Below, piece after piece: positions 7,818 to 17,548 of a DNA stretch of 64,000 nt. Position 1 is the stretch's first letter. The number at the start of each line of letters is the position of its first letter. Below the pieces are notes generated by a model, which searched no databases, had not been told where the DNA came from, and saw nothing but the letters and a program-made list of their open reading frames with translations. The position numbers were made by a program, and so were the translations under genes. Source of the DNA: an uncultured Candidatus Saccharibacteria bacterium (GTDB lineage Bacteria > Patescibacteriota > Minisyncoccia > Phycocordibacterales > CAIRYW01); NCBI GenBank assembly GCA_964446625.1, contig CAYUPH010000002.1, positions 5,743 through 69,742 of the forward strand, in the 5' to 3' direction.

Positions 7818-8433
7818 AATAGGAAAAGATAAAAAATTAATTTTAAAAAAACTTCTGAAATACAACACACCAAGCAAAGTGCAGGATTTTCTGAATACTA
7901 TACCGTTTAATTTTGAAAAAGAGGGAGAAACATACTACTCGGTTTGTAGAGCACTCAAAGAAAAAAAAGCTCATTGTTTTGAAGGAGCACTCATTGCATA
8001 CTTTATTTTGGCTGAGAACGGTTATTCCCCTGCCCTGCTTGATTTAAAAGTAAAGACTAAAAGAGACTCGGACCATGTTGTTACTCTCTACAAAGTAAAT
8101 GGTCTTTGGGGTGCTGTGAGCAAAACAAACCATGCGTGTCTGCGTTTTAGAGACCCGATTTACAAAACAGTTCGCGAACTCGCACTCTCGTACTTCCATG
8201 AATATTTTTTAAACGAAAGCGGTGAAAAAACTCTTCAAAGTTTTAGTAGGGCTTTTTATATAAACGAGAAAAAATTTGACTATATTTTTGGAGAGGAAGA
8301 CCTCGACGACCTGGCGCTCGCTCTCGATAGGTCACCTCACACTCCTTTCTATGATCAAAAGCAAAAAAAGTACATACGAAAAGCTGATAAAATCGAAAGA
8401 AAGGCAGGAGAAATTACAGACTGGAGCGCATAG
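7810..8433 (+). CDS. Conserved hypothetical protein, transglutaminase-like Cys-His motifs
   Basis: AHCFEGAL, DHVV, WGAVSKTNH, LRFRDPIY. Confidence 0.75.
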   Translation: MIKIGKDKKLILKKLLKYNTPSKVQDFLNTIPFNFEKEGETYYSVCRALKEKKAHCFEGALIAYFILAENGYSPALLDLKVKTKRDSDHVVTLYKVNGLWGAVSKTNHACLRFRDPIYKTVRELALSYFHEYFLNESGEKTLQSFSRAFYINEKKFDYIFGEEDLDDLALALDRSPHTPFYDQKQKKYIRKADKIERKAGEITDWSA

Positions 8434-8466
8434 AAAAGGGGTAAAAAAAGTGCTAAAATAGAGCCT

Positions 8467-9345
8467 ATGATTAAAAAAACCGCAGAATTTAGTGAGAAAA
8501 ACGCTCTTTTCCTTGCTATAGCTCTAATCTTCTCTGGAGGAGCTTTTAGTTATATGCTTCACACTATAAAAAGCTACGATGAAACTCTTCAAAGCACACT
8601 AAACCTTCTTACAGAAGTATCCGAAGACCACCAGAAAACAACTTCCGAGAAAAGCACTCTTCAAAACCAGCTTGCAAGCGAAACAGAAAAAAATGTTCAT
8701 TTGGAATCAGAATACCAAAACGCAAAAGAGACTGCTGACGAATTAAAAAAGATTTCAAAAACTGATCCAGAGCTTTTACAAAAATATTCCAAGGTTTACT
8801 TCCTCAACGAAAACTATATTCCCAAAAAGCTTTCAAACATTAGTACTGACTACTTAATCCGAACAAACAAGCCTGAACAGTTTCTTTCATCGGTAAAAGG
8901 TCAGCTCGAAGAAATGATCGATGATGCTGAGGATGACGAGGTAACGATAAAAGTTCTCTCTGCATATAGGTCTTTCGAACAACAAAAGAATCTCAAATCT
9001 TCTTACAATGTTGTCTATGGAGCAAATACCGCAAACAAATTTTCTGCCGAGCAAGGCTTTTCAGAACACCAGCTAGGCACGACTGTCGACTTTACAACCC
9101 CAGAGATTGGAACCACATCTGTAACCTTTGAGAAAAGTGAGGCTTTTAAATGGCTTACAGAAAATGCACATAAATACGGCTTTGTACTCTCCTACCCCAG
9201 AGGAAACACCTACTACACTTACGAGCCGTGGCACTGGCGATACGTTGGCGTCGACCTGGCAACTGACCTGTACGAAGATGAGGAATATTTTTACAACCTC
9301 GACCAGAGAGACCTTGACCGGTATATAGGAAAATTCTTTGACTAA
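8467..9345 (+). CDS. M15B D,D-carboxypeptidase (VanY-like), membrane anchored
   Basis: TM plus coiled coil, SAYRS, SEHQLGTTVD, YEPWHWRYVG. Confidence 0.92.
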   Translation: MIKKTAEFSEKNALFLAIALIFSGGAFSYMLHTIKSYDETLQSTLNLLTEVSEDHQKTTSEKSTLQNQLASETEKNVHLESEYQNAKETADELKKISKTDPELLQKYSKVYFLNENYIPKKLSNISTDYLIRTNKPEQFLSSVKGQLEEMIDDAEDDEVTIKVLSAYRSFEQQKNLKSSYNVVYGANTANKFSAEQGFSEHQLGTTVDFTTPEIGTTSVTFEKSEAFKWLTENAHKYGFVLSYPRGNTYYTYEPWHWRYVGVDLATDLYEDEEYFYNLDQRDLDRYIGKFFD

Positions 9346-9799
9346 ACAAATGGATATTACTGATCCAATACCACAGAAAGTTGCAAAAAAACATATTGAT
9401 ACGAGGCTCCTTTGGAGGCTACGGATTTTTCGAGTTGTGAGTGGACTTCTTCTTGCTTTTGCGATTTACGATATTTATATAAAAAAGATTTCAATTCTTT
9501 ACTCGCTCATTGGGCTTTCTCTAGGAATTCTTTTTGGAATCGTTGCAGGACGAAGCTTTAATATTTTTTGGCACCCCGAAACAAAAAAAGTTGTTGCTGA
9601 ACTAGACCTCTTTGGAATGATAGTCTTTGTTCTCTACATTTTTATTGAAATTAAACGAAAGTGGATTTTTGGACACTGGGTAGAAGGAGTGGTACTCACT
9701 GCCTTTTGCCTTATCTTTGCAACTGGCGCCTTCCTTGGTAGATACCTCTCTATTAAAAACAAAATCTGCCTTGTACTAGAGGAAAACAACAAAATCTAG
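9338..9799 (+). CDS. Membrane protein, about 4 TM
   Basis: Hydrophobic segments; overlaps the upstream stop. Confidence 0.75.
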   Translation: MTKQMDITDPIPQKVAKKHIDTRLLWRLRIFRVVSGLLLAFAIYDIYIKKISILYSLIGLSLGILFGIVAGRSFNIFWHPETKKVVAELDLFGMIVFVLYIFIEIKRKWIFGHWVEGVVLTAFCLIFATGAFLGRYLSIKNKICLVLEENNKI

Positions 9800-9842
9800 C
9801 CTCCCCTTTCCATCTAAAGGGTTTTGTGATACAATTTTGGTG

Positions 9843-9910
9843 TTCGTAGTTTTTCTTCTCTAGGCTATAAGCGTAAGGGAAAAGTACGGAGGTCGCTTAT
9901 TAGGCTTAGA
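9843..9910 (+). promoter_or_regulatory. Candidate structured 5' leader of the RRM gene
   Basis: Follows TGaTACAAT (9827-9835); stem 9843-9857/9875-9890 whose loop is complementary to 9894-9910. Confidence 0.45.
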
Positions 9911-9918
9911 ATTTGCAC

Positions 9919-10242
9919 ATGCCAAATAAACTTTATGTAGGCTCAATTGCCTACCAGACAACTGACGATGGCCTTAGACAGGCTTTTTCGGCTTTTGGAA
10001 ACGTTACATCTGCGTCTGTAATTATGGACAAGATGACTGGACGATCTAAAGGATTCGGATTCGTTGAGATGTCTACTGCTGAAGAAGCACAGGCAGCAAT
10101 CCAAGGTCTTGATGGAAAGGAACTTGACGGACGAACAATCCGAGTCAACGTTGCTCAGCCAAAAGAAGACCGACCACGAGGAGGTGACCGAGGAGGTTTC
10201 CGACCACGAGGAGGATTCGGAGGAGGAAGAGGAAACTACTAA
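9919..10242 (+). CDS. RRM RNA-binding protein with RGG tail
   Basis: RNP2 LYVGSI, RNP1 KGFGFVEM, Gly/Arg-rich C-terminus; ATG at 9919. Confidence 0.95.
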   Translation: MPNKLYVGSIAYQTTDDGLRQAFSAFGNVTSASVIMDKMTGRSKGFGFVEMSTAEEAQAAIQGLDGKELDGRTIRVNVAQPKEDRPRGGDRGGFRPRGGFGGGRGNY

Positions 10243-10254
10243 TTCTCCAAAAAG

Positions 10255-10285
10255 AAAACCGGCGCCCTTTGGGCGCCGGTTTTTT
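10255..10285. terminator. Bidirectional terminator
   Basis: AAAACCGGCGCCC-TTT-GGGCGCCGGTTTT between convergent genes. Confidence 0.85.
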
Positions 10286-10302
10286 GTATTCTCTACTCCT
10301 TT

Positions 10303-10833
10303 CTAATTAGCTCCAGGACAAGCAGCAAACTCACAATTTGGTCCAGTTCTACCTACATAAGATCCATCAGGACAAGCTTTTGCTTCCATAGTACACGCTA
10401 CTCCCCCATGACCTTCGTGCATCATTCCGGTTCCGCTTTCTCCAAACCATGCTTTTTGCCAAGTTTTCATCATTTCGATTTCCCTTGTCTGGGCTGTGAC
10501 GATATCTTTTGCGAGTTTGGTTAGTTCTGCTCTTTTGCTAGTAGCAAGAACCATATTTGCCATCTCAACTGCGCCCTCATGATGCATAATCATCTCCGAA
10601 AGGAATGCTTTATCAAAAGCGTCTCCTGTTTTTCCGGAAAGACCCATAGTCATACCTTTCATCATGTCCCCCATCGAAGAAGCACCCTTGTGCTGCATCA
10701 TATTTTTATTAAACTCCCCTCTGTGAAAATACTCTCCTCTTCCCTTTCCATCGAAATTATTGCCAAAAATAAAGCCAATAAAGAAGGCGACAACAAGAGT
10801 AAGAACCAGATTAACCTTTGGACTAAGTGTCAT
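10303..10833 (-). CDS. DUF305 Met/His-rich exported protein with C-terminal Cys motif
   Basis: FDKAFLSEMIMHHEGAVEMA, AQTREIEMM; tail ACTMEAKACPDGSYVGRTGPNCEFAACP. Confidence 0.88.
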   Translation of the reverse strand: MTLSPKVNLVLTLVVAFFIGFIFGNNFDGKGRGEYFHRGEFNKNMMQHKGASSMGDMMKGMTMGLSGKTGDAFDKAFLSEMIMHHEGAVEMANMVLATSKRAELTKLAKDIVTAQTREIEMMKTWQKAWFGESGTGMMHEGHGGVACTMEAKACPDGSYVGRTGPNCEFAACPGAN

Positions 10834-10886
10834 ATAAATAGTTGTATTATGTTCTCTTAAAGCGACTCCTATATTATACTATATGT

Positions 10887-11234
10887 ATGCAAAAACTTTT
10901 ACAGAGCTTCAGGTATGCCAAAAGCGGTCTTCTCACAGTACTCCGCGAAGAAGACAATTTTCAAGTTGAAATAATTATGAGCGTCGCTGTATGCATTCTT
11001 GGATTTTTGGTTCACCTAGGTAGAGGCGAATGGCTTTTTATTTGCGTTGCAATCACTCTTGTTCTTTCTTCTGAAATCATAAACACTGTAGTTGAAGACC
11101 TATGTAACAAAATCGAACCCACCCACAACAATGTCATTGGAAAAATAAAAGACATGTCCGCAGCGTTTACTTTGGTAATGTGCATTGGAAGCGCTATTAT
11201 CGGACTTATTATTTTCTTACCGCATTTTTTCTAG
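10887..11234 (+). CDS. dgkA: Diacylglycerol/undecaprenol kinase (DgkA family)
   Basis: SFRYAKSGL..REEDNF, EIINTVVEDLCN, IKDMSAA; ATG 10887 is 6 nt after TATACT. Confidence 0.9.
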   Translation: MQKLLQSFRYAKSGLLTVLREEDNFQVEIIMSVAVCILGFLVHLGRGEWLFICVAITLVLSSEIINTVVEDLCNKIEPTHNNVIGKIKDMSAAFTLVMCIGSAIIGLIIFLPHFF

Positions 11235-11236
11235 CC

Positions 11237-12526
11237 ATGAGTATTGAAGCAACAATCGTAAAATTTTTCTTGAGTCACGGAAGCCTTTTTGAAGTAATCG
11301 GTTACTACGCGGTTTTTTTGGGAAGTTTTCTTGAGTCAGTACCTTTCTTTGGTTTCCTCATTCCTGGGCAAACAATTGTTGTCCTCGGAGGTTTCTATGC
11401 AAGATTAAACGACGCATCGATGATTTGTATCGCTCTTTTTGCCGGCGCAGGAGCATTTATTGGAGATATGATTGGGTTTATTCTTGGAAGAAAGTACGGA
11501 AGCCATTTTACAGAAAAACTTGCCCACAAACTTTTTATAAAAAAAGAGTACATTGAGGAAACAAAAACTTTAGTCGAAAACCACCCGTTCAAAACAATAT
11601 TCCTCGGAAAATTTCACCCCGTTGGTCGAGCACTTGCTCCGTTTGCATCGGGCGCTTCAAAGCTTTACGCTAGCAAATTTATTCCAATCACTTTTCTAAG
11701 TTCGTTTGTGTGGGCGTTTTTCTTTTCTCTAATTGGGTATATTTTTGGAGAAAGCTTCCTTTCAGTTGGAGGAAGTGTTGGAAAGTTTGTATTTGCTGCA
11801 TCTATCTTTACTTTTGCGATTATCTCCGCCTATGTCTATGCTCGTTCAAAAAAGATGAATGTTACCCTAAAGGACGCAGCGCTCCTCATTCTTTCCCTCA
11901 TTTCCCTCTATGTGTTTACAACCCTCTCAGAAAACACTGTTCGCCACGCATCTCTTACAAATATAGATTTTTTTGTAAATGGTAAACTCAAAGAAATTAT
12001 TTCTCTTCCCCTAACTGCACTCATGCAAGGGGCAACATCACTCGGTGGTGGAAGCTTTATTGCAGGACTTACTCTTCTAATTGGAGTTCTCCTTTTTCTC
12101 AAAAAGAAATTTCGAGAGGGAGCAATACTGTGGGTTAGTGTCGGTCTTGTTACTTTTTCTACATATATATTTAAAATTTATTTTAAAGTACCAAGACCAC
12201 GAGGTGGAGTTGGATCTGCAGGTGGGTACAGTTTCCCAAGCGGACACGCAAGCGAAAGCACCGTCTTCTTTCTCTCTCTCCTTCTCATCTTCTTCCCACT
12301 CATAAAAAGTCGCTTCCTTAAAACACTTCTCGCTTTCTTTTGTATATTTACACCTCTTGCAGTTTCTTTTTCAAGATTGTATCTTGGAGTCCATTGGTTT
12401 ACTGATGTTTTAGGAGGAATATCACTGTCATGCTTTATTGTCTCGATAGTCTACCTTCTAGGAGACTTTGTTCCATGGTTATATAGAAAAATCAGAAACA
12501 GAGAAGTTGCTCCGCCAAATTTATAA
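11237..12526 (+). CDS. DedA/VTT domain fused to PAP2 phosphatase
   Basis: FLESVPFFGFLIPG...GDMIGFILGRKYG (DedA); K..VPRP, SFPSGH, SRLYLGVHWFTDV (PAP2). Confidence 0.92.
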   Translation: MSIEATIVKFFLSHGSLFEVIGYYAVFLGSFLESVPFFGFLIPGQTIVVLGGFYARLNDASMICIALFAGAGAFIGDMIGFILGRKYGSHFTEKLAHKLFIKKEYIEETKTLVENHPFKTIFLGKFHPVGRALAPFASGASKLYASKFIPITFLSSFVWAFFFSLIGYIFGESFLSVGGSVGKFVFAASIFTFAIISAYVYARSKKMNVTLKDAALLILSLISLYVFTTLSENTVRHASLTNIDFFVNGKLKEIISLPLTALMQGATSLGGGSFIAGLTLLIGVLLFLKKKFREGAILWVSVGLVTFSTYIFKIYFKVPRPRGGVGSAGGYSFPSGHASESTVFFLSLLLIFFPLIKSRFLKTLLAFFCIFTPLAVSFSRLYLGVHWFTDVLGGISLSCFIVSIVYLLGDFVPWLYRKIRNREVAPPNL

Positions 12527-12544
12527 AATAAATACAAACATACT

Positions 12545-13789
12545 ATGTCAGAAGATTACACACCATCAAAAAAGATTTTAGAAAACTACGCAAAAGTTCT
12601 CGTTAACTTTGCGCTCGGTGGAGGAAAAGGAGTAAAAAAAGGAGAGACTGTTTACCTTACAGTAAACGAGTATGCAAAACCTCTGTATGTTGAGCTCTAC
12701 AAAGCAATTATAAAAGCTGGTGGAAATGTAATTCAAAACTATATTCCTGATGACAAAGAAACATACGACAAAGCAAACAGTAATGTATCACGTATTTTCT
12801 ACGAACTAGCAAGTAAAGAACAGCTTTCTTACTTCCCTTCTAAATACCTAAAAGGACTTATCGATGAAATCGACCACTCTGTTTATATAATCTCTGACAC
12901 AAACAAACATATTCTAAAAGGCATCGACCCAAAGAAAATCATGGCGCGTGGTAAAGCATTTAAGCCGTACATGGACTGGCGAAATCACAAAGAAAACCAA
13001 GGAAAGTTTACATGGACTCTTGCTCTCTATGGAACTCCTGCTATGGCAAAGGAAGCTCGTATGAGTCTTAAAGAATATTGGGAACAGATTATTAAGGCAT
13101 GTTTTCTCGACAAAAAAGACCCGATTGCTGAGTGGAAAAAAGTTTTCAAAATGGTAGAAAAAGCACAGAACAAACTAAACTCTATGCCGATTGAAAAGCT
13201 ACATGTGACAGGACCAGACGCAGATCTTTGGGTAAAGCTCGGTGAAAAGAAAAAGTGGATGGGTGGAAGTGGAAGAAATATTCCTTCATTTGAAATCTTT
13301 ACTTCTCCAGACTGGAGAGGAACAAACGGTTGGATTAGATTTTCTGAGCCGCTCTACCGCTACGGAAACCTGATCACAGGAATTGAACTTTGGTTTAAAG
13401 ATGGAAAAGTTGTGAAATCAAAAGCAACCCAAAATGAAAAAGTTTTGAAGGAAATGATTGCAACAGAAAACGCAGATAAAATTGGTGAATACTCTCTGAC
13501 AGACAAACGATTTTCTCGAATCACTAAGTTCATGGCCGAAACTCTCTTTGACGAAAATGTTGGTGGCAAGTATGGAAACACACACTTAGCACTCGGAAAC
13601 GCTTACCATGACTGCTACGCAGGTGACCCTGCACAAATGACAGAAGAAGATTGGGAAGAACTTGGATTTAACTCTTCATCTGTTCACACCGACATTGTCT
13701 CTACAACACCTCGAACAGTGACAGCACACATGAAGGATGGAACGAGCAAAGTGATTTACAAAGACGGTTTGTTTACGTTTTTGAAGTAG
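12545..13789 (+). CDS. Aminopeptidase, M29 (AmpS/AmpT) family
   Basis: NIPSFEIFTSP, IGEYSL, TLFDENVGG, HLALG, NSSSVHTDIV. Confidence 0.92.
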   Translation: MSEDYTPSKKILENYAKVLVNFALGGGKGVKKGETVYLTVNEYAKPLYVELYKAIIKAGGNVIQNYIPDDKETYDKANSNVSRIFYELASKEQLSYFPSKYLKGLIDEIDHSVYIISDTNKHILKGIDPKKIMARGKAFKPYMDWRNHKENQGKFTWTLALYGTPAMAKEARMSLKEYWEQIIKACFLDKKDPIAEWKKVFKMVEKAQNKLNSMPIEKLHVTGPDADLWVKLGEKKKWMGGSGRNIPSFEIFTSPDWRGTNGWIRFSEPLYRYGNLITGIELWFKDGKVVKSKATQNEKVLKEMIATENADKIGEYSLTDKRFSRITKFMAETLFDENVGGKYGNTHLALGNAYHDCYAGDPAQMTEEDWEELGFNSSSVHTDIVSTTPRTVTAHMKDGTSKVIYKDGLFTFLK

Positions 13790-13802
13790 TTATACATCTT
13801 CT

Positions 13803-14624
13803 ATGTATAAGGAACCTTGTGCAGAATCTTCTGAACCCGATTCAATATATGATGAGGTACGAAAAAGTCTCACAGTTGCAGATATAGGAGCACAAACAGA
13901 AGAACAAGAGGCTGCCCGCTACAAATTCTATGATTCTCCGCTTCACAGTTTTGATTCATCGTTTGCGGGTACTTTTCCTGAAAAAATGCATACAATAAGT
14001 GAGTATTTAGAACAGTTTTATAAAGAAAAAGACGGTACTCTTGTGGGTATGGAGCTTGGTGGACAAGGATGTAATTTATTTGGACCAAAAGGCTTAGAAA
14101 AATATTTTGGCAAAACTGTAGCATTTTCGCTAACAAAAGATTCCGAAAAAAACACATTATCTATCCCTAAAAATCATGAACTTATACGAGCAGATGTCTT
14201 TCATAAACGAAAAAAAGAAGACTACAGTGGCACAGAACAACCTTCATATAGGACAGTTGAAAGATGGGTGGAACAAAATGGGAAAGTGGATATTATTTTT
14301 GAAAGAATGGGACTAGGAAAAGCAGGCCTAACAGAAAAACATTTTCTTCAAATTCTTAAACGCTGGTACGAACTTCTTAGTCCGGAAGGTACTATGTTTA
14401 TTGAGCTTCCAAGTTATCTTTACTACCCACTTAATCCTACAGCAATAAGCAAACAGAGTTTTGATTCACTTAGAGAATTTTTAGAAAAAAATAAAAGATT
14501 TTTTGATTATTCAATTGATCCTGCGCAAAGAGAGGGGGAAAACGATTACATAAGACTTCGCAAACTCCCTGGCGCACCTGATTCCCTAGACGGTCTAATA
14601 AAACAAGATGAAAGGCTGGACTAG
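13803..14624 (+). CDS. Hypothetical protein, possible class I SAM methyltransferase fold
   Basis: GMELGGQG, VDIIFERM, WYELLSPEGTMFIE. Confidence 0.6.
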   Translation: MYKEPCAESSEPDSIYDEVRKSLTVADIGAQTEEQEAARYKFYDSPLHSFDSSFAGTFPEKMHTISEYLEQFYKEKDGTLVGMELGGQGCNLFGPKGLEKYFGKTVAFSLTKDSEKNTLSIPKNHELIRADVFHKRKKEDYSGTEQPSYRTVERWVEQNGKVDIIFERMGLGKAGLTEKHFLQILKRWYELLSPEGTMFIELPSYLYYPLNPTAISKQSFDSLREFLEKNKRFFDYSIDPAQREGENDYIRLRKLPGAPDSLDGLIKQDERLD

Positions 14625-15390
14625 GGAACAAATAAAAAACCACACCGAAGCAGGAAAAAAGCTTGCTGTTATAAAAGAAGAAGTAAAAAACTTCTTAAGT
14701 AAAACTGTTGCTGTTTCTGAACTTGAGACTATTTCTTTTATCAAGAAAAGATATAAGCACCACGGTCTAGTAAACGATAAACCAAAAGAAAGTTGCATCG
14801 CTGCTTTTGGAAAACACACGAACGAAGTCCACTATTTTCCAAACAAAAATTCTAATGCTGTCCTTGCTGTTGGTGACATCATTCTTATAGATATGTGGGC
14901 AAGATTGCCAGAGAAAAATGCTCCGTATGCCGACGCAACATTTATGTTCTACTTTGGAAAAAAGATACCAAAAGATATTCAAAAAACATGGAAAATTTTG
15001 ACCGAGGCAAGAGACAAAGCAATAAAATATATCGAACAGTGTACTAGTATACAGAGGAAAAATGATACTAAAAATAAAACTACTTCTCCTTTACCTCGCG
15101 GATTAGATATAGATAGAGTAGCTCATGATATTATCGGAAATACTGGTCTTGGTAGAGGAATCAAACACACTATTGGTCACTCACTTGGACTAAATTCTCC
15201 ACATGGAGAATTGTCTGGTATTAATTGGCGCGAATACTCCCCTATTCTTAAAAATGTAGCTTATACAATCGAACCTGGAATTTATCTCGAACAATTTGGT
15301 ATGCGAACTGAAATAGACTTTTATGTTACAAAAGAAGGAAAAGTAGTTGTAACCACTCCCCTACAAGATGAAATCGAACTTTTGCATTAA
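14608..15390 (+). CDS. M24 metallopeptidase (catalytic domain only)
   Basis: LIDMW, YADAT, HTIGHSLG, H, TIEPGIY, GMRTEID. Confidence 0.88.
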   Translation: MKGWTREQIKNHTEAGKKLAVIKEEVKNFLSKTVAVSELETISFIKKRYKHHGLVNDKPKESCIAAFGKHTNEVHYFPNKNSNAVLAVGDIILIDMWARLPEKNAPYADATFMFYFGKKIPKDIQKTWKILTEARDKAIKYIEQCTSIQRKNDTKNKTTSPLPRGLDIDRVAHDIIGNTGLGRGIKHTIGHSLGLNSPHGELSGINWREYSPILKNVAYTIEPGIYLEQFGMRTEIDFYVTKEGKVVVTTPLQDEIELLH

Positions 15391-15443
15391 TCCTAAAAAA
15401 GTCTAAAATTAGAGCATATTAGTTTTAGATTAAATTTAAATTT

Positions 15444-16028
15444 ATGAAAAAGTATGTAGCAGAATCCTTTGGTACTCTAGTACTGTCGCTTGCAGTCCTT
15501 GCTTCTCTTATTAAATCTACAGGTTTTCCTACCGCCTTAGTTGCTGGAATCACTCTCACTTTGCTTGTTTTTATGATTGGAGCAGTCTCAGGTGCACATG
15601 TTAATCCAGCTGTGACACTTGGCGCATACTTTATGAAAAAAATTTCAAGGAAAGAAGCGCTTATGTATATTCTCTTCCAATTCATTGGGGCGCTCGGTGC
15701 AATCATTATTGTCACTTTCCTAGGATTTAAAATCCCTCTCCTTACATCTGTTTTTTCTTTTAAAGCACTTGTTGCAGAACTCCTTGGAACAGCGATTTTT
15801 GTACTTGGAATCGCATCAGCCCTTCACTCTTCAAAAGAAAATATTTTTGTTCCTTTTGTAATCGGAGGATCTCTCTCACTTGGCGCAATCATTGCTGGAA
15901 TTGGTTCAAATGGAGTATTAAACCCTGCAGTTGGGTTCGCTATCGGATCATTTAACCTTGCTTACATTGTAGGACCACTTCTCGGGGCTTATGTAGGAGT
16001 ATGGCTTTATAAAAAAATTTGCGCTTAA
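15444..16028 (+). CDS. Aquaporin / MIP channel
   Basis: SGAHVNPAV and VLNPAV (two NPA boxes). Confidence 0.92.
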   Translation: MKKYVAESFGTLVLSLAVLASLIKSTGFPTALVAGITLTLLVFMIGAVSGAHVNPAVTLGAYFMKKISRKEALMYILFQFIGALGAIIIVTFLGFKIPLLTSVFSFKALVAELLGTAIFVLGIASALHSSKENIFVPFVIGGSLSLGAIIAGIGSNGVLNPAVGFAIGSFNLAYIVGPLLGAYVGVWLYKKICA

Positions 16029-16450
16029 AGACTGTGAATAAACACAAAGGAAAAAGAGTGCTCGTCTTTGGTACTTTTGATAAAATCCACGACGGGCATA
16101 TCTTTTTTCTTCGTGAAGCACAAAAGCTCGGTGACGAGCTTTTTGTTTCTATTGCAAGAGATAAAAACATAAAGCTTTTTAAAAACAAAGATCCTCTTCT
16201 TCCAGAAAAAGAGAGGCTTGTAGAGGTAGAAGCTCTCTCCCTTGCAAAAGAAGTATTTCTTGGAGATGAAGTAATAGGCACATGGACTCACATACGAAGA
16301 TTAGAGCCTCATATAATTGCTGTTGGATACGACCAAAGAGAGCTTGGTATTGCCCTTGAAAACATAAAAAAAGACTTCACTTTTGAGATAGTTCGTATAA
16401 GGAGTCACCTCCCTGAAACATTCCATTCAAGCATTCTTAATAATCTCTAA
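16019..16450 (+). CDS. Cytidylyltransferase family protein (RibL-type FAD synthase-like)
   Basis: VFGTFDKIHDGH, ARD, GYDQ; true start may be GTG 16034. Confidence 0.85.
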   Translation: MRLKTVNKHKGKRVLVFGTFDKIHDGHIFFLREAQKLGDELFVSIARDKNIKLFKNKDPLLPEKERLVEVEALSLAKEVFLGDEVIGTWTHIRRLEPHIIAVGYDQRELGIALENIKKDFTFEIVRIRSHLPETFHSSILNNL

Positions 16451-16471
16451 AGGAAAAATAGCTATACTAGT

Positions 16472-17077
16472 ATGCACATGCTTTCATATATTGATCCAAA
16501 ATTTATAATTGAAACCCTTGGAACAGCCGGAGTAGTGGCTGTTATATTTGCTGAGTCTGGACTTTTTTTTGGCTTTTTCCTCCCAGGTGATTCTCTTCTC
16601 TTTACTGCAGGACTCTTGGCTTCACAGGATATTTTAAATATTTACTCTCTGCTTATTTTTTGTTTCTTAGGAGCAACCCTTGGTGACACTGTCGGATACT
16701 GGTTTGGCAAAAAGGTAGGTCCAAAACTTTTTAAAAAAGAACACTCTTTCTTTTGGAATAAAAATCATATTGAAAAATCACGAAACTTTTTTGAGAAACA
16801 CGGAAAGAAAGCAATTATTCTTGCTCGCTTTATACCTATCGTTCGAACATTCACCCCTATTCTTGCGGGTGTAGGAAGTATGGAATACAAAACGTTTCTT
16901 TCTTACAATATTATAGGCGGTCTTTTTTGGATAGGACTTATGCTTCTTGGTGGATTTATGTTTGGAAACCTAATTCCAAACCCTGACAAATATCTTCTAC
17001 CAGTCGTTTTACTCATTATTTTTACCTCACTTATTCCTCCGGCTCTGGAATTTTTTAAGAAGAAAAAAACAGAGTAG
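16472..17077 (+). CDS. DedA family membrane protein
   Basis: FAESGLFFGFFLPGDSLLF, ARFIPIVRTF. Confidence 0.95.
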   Translation: MHMLSYIDPKFIIETLGTAGVVAVIFAESGLFFGFFLPGDSLLFTAGLLASQDILNIYSLLIFCFLGATLGDTVGYWFGKKVGPKLFKKEHSFFWNKNHIEKSRNFFEKHGKKAIILARFIPIVRTFTPILAGVGSMEYKTFLSYNIIGGLFWIGLMLLGGFMFGNLIPNPDKYLLPVVLLIIFTSLIPPALEFFKKKKTE

Positions 17078-17123
17078 GAATCGTAGCGTATTGATTTTAT
17101 ATTAAAATACTATTAGGATAGTT

Positions 17124-17507
17124 ATGTCGATTAGAAATAGTCTTAAAAAAGAGGAACTTTTGGAGAAAACAAAAAGAGTTCCTACAAAAATGAAAAACCT
17201 TATAGAAGAATTTAAAGCTTTTGCGGTAAAAGGAAACGCAATTGAGCTAGCAGTAGGTATCGTTGTTGGTACTGCTTTTAACAATATTGTCACCTCTCTC
17301 GTTAACGATGTTATCATGCAAGCAATTGCTATGATTGCAGGTCAACCGGACTTTAGTGCAATTACATTTCATGCAATTCGAATAGGAAACTTTATAAACT
17401 CGATTGTAAACTTCCTCATCGTTGCGATTTCAGTTTTCTTTGCAGTAAAAGCGGTGAACAAGCTTTTCCACAAAAAGCCTGCTGAGGCGCCCACACAAAA
17501 CGCGTAA
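17124..17507 (+). CDS. mscL: Large-conductance mechanosensitive channel
   Basis: EEFKAFAVKGNAIELAVGIVVGTAFNNIVTSLV, GNFINSIVNFLIVA; alternative start 17190. Confidence 0.93.
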   Translation: MSIRNSLKKEELLEKTKRVPTKMKNLIEEFKAFAVKGNAIELAVGIVVGTAFNNIVTSLVNDVIMQAIAMIAGQPDFSAITFHAIRIGNFINSIVNFLIVAISVFFAVKAVNKLFHKKPAEAPTQNA

Positions 17508-17516
17508 GACTCCATA

Positions 17517-17548
17517 CAAAAAATCCTCGGTTATCCGAGGATTTTTTG
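17517..17548. terminator. Bidirectional terminator
   Basis: CAAAAAATCCTCGG/CCGAGGATTTTTTG, overlapping the Nudix stop codon. Confidence 0.8.

Noticed and set aside
10168-10235. Short direct repeats CGACCACGAGGAGG
   Set aside because: They simply encode the RPRGG/RGG tail of the RRM protein
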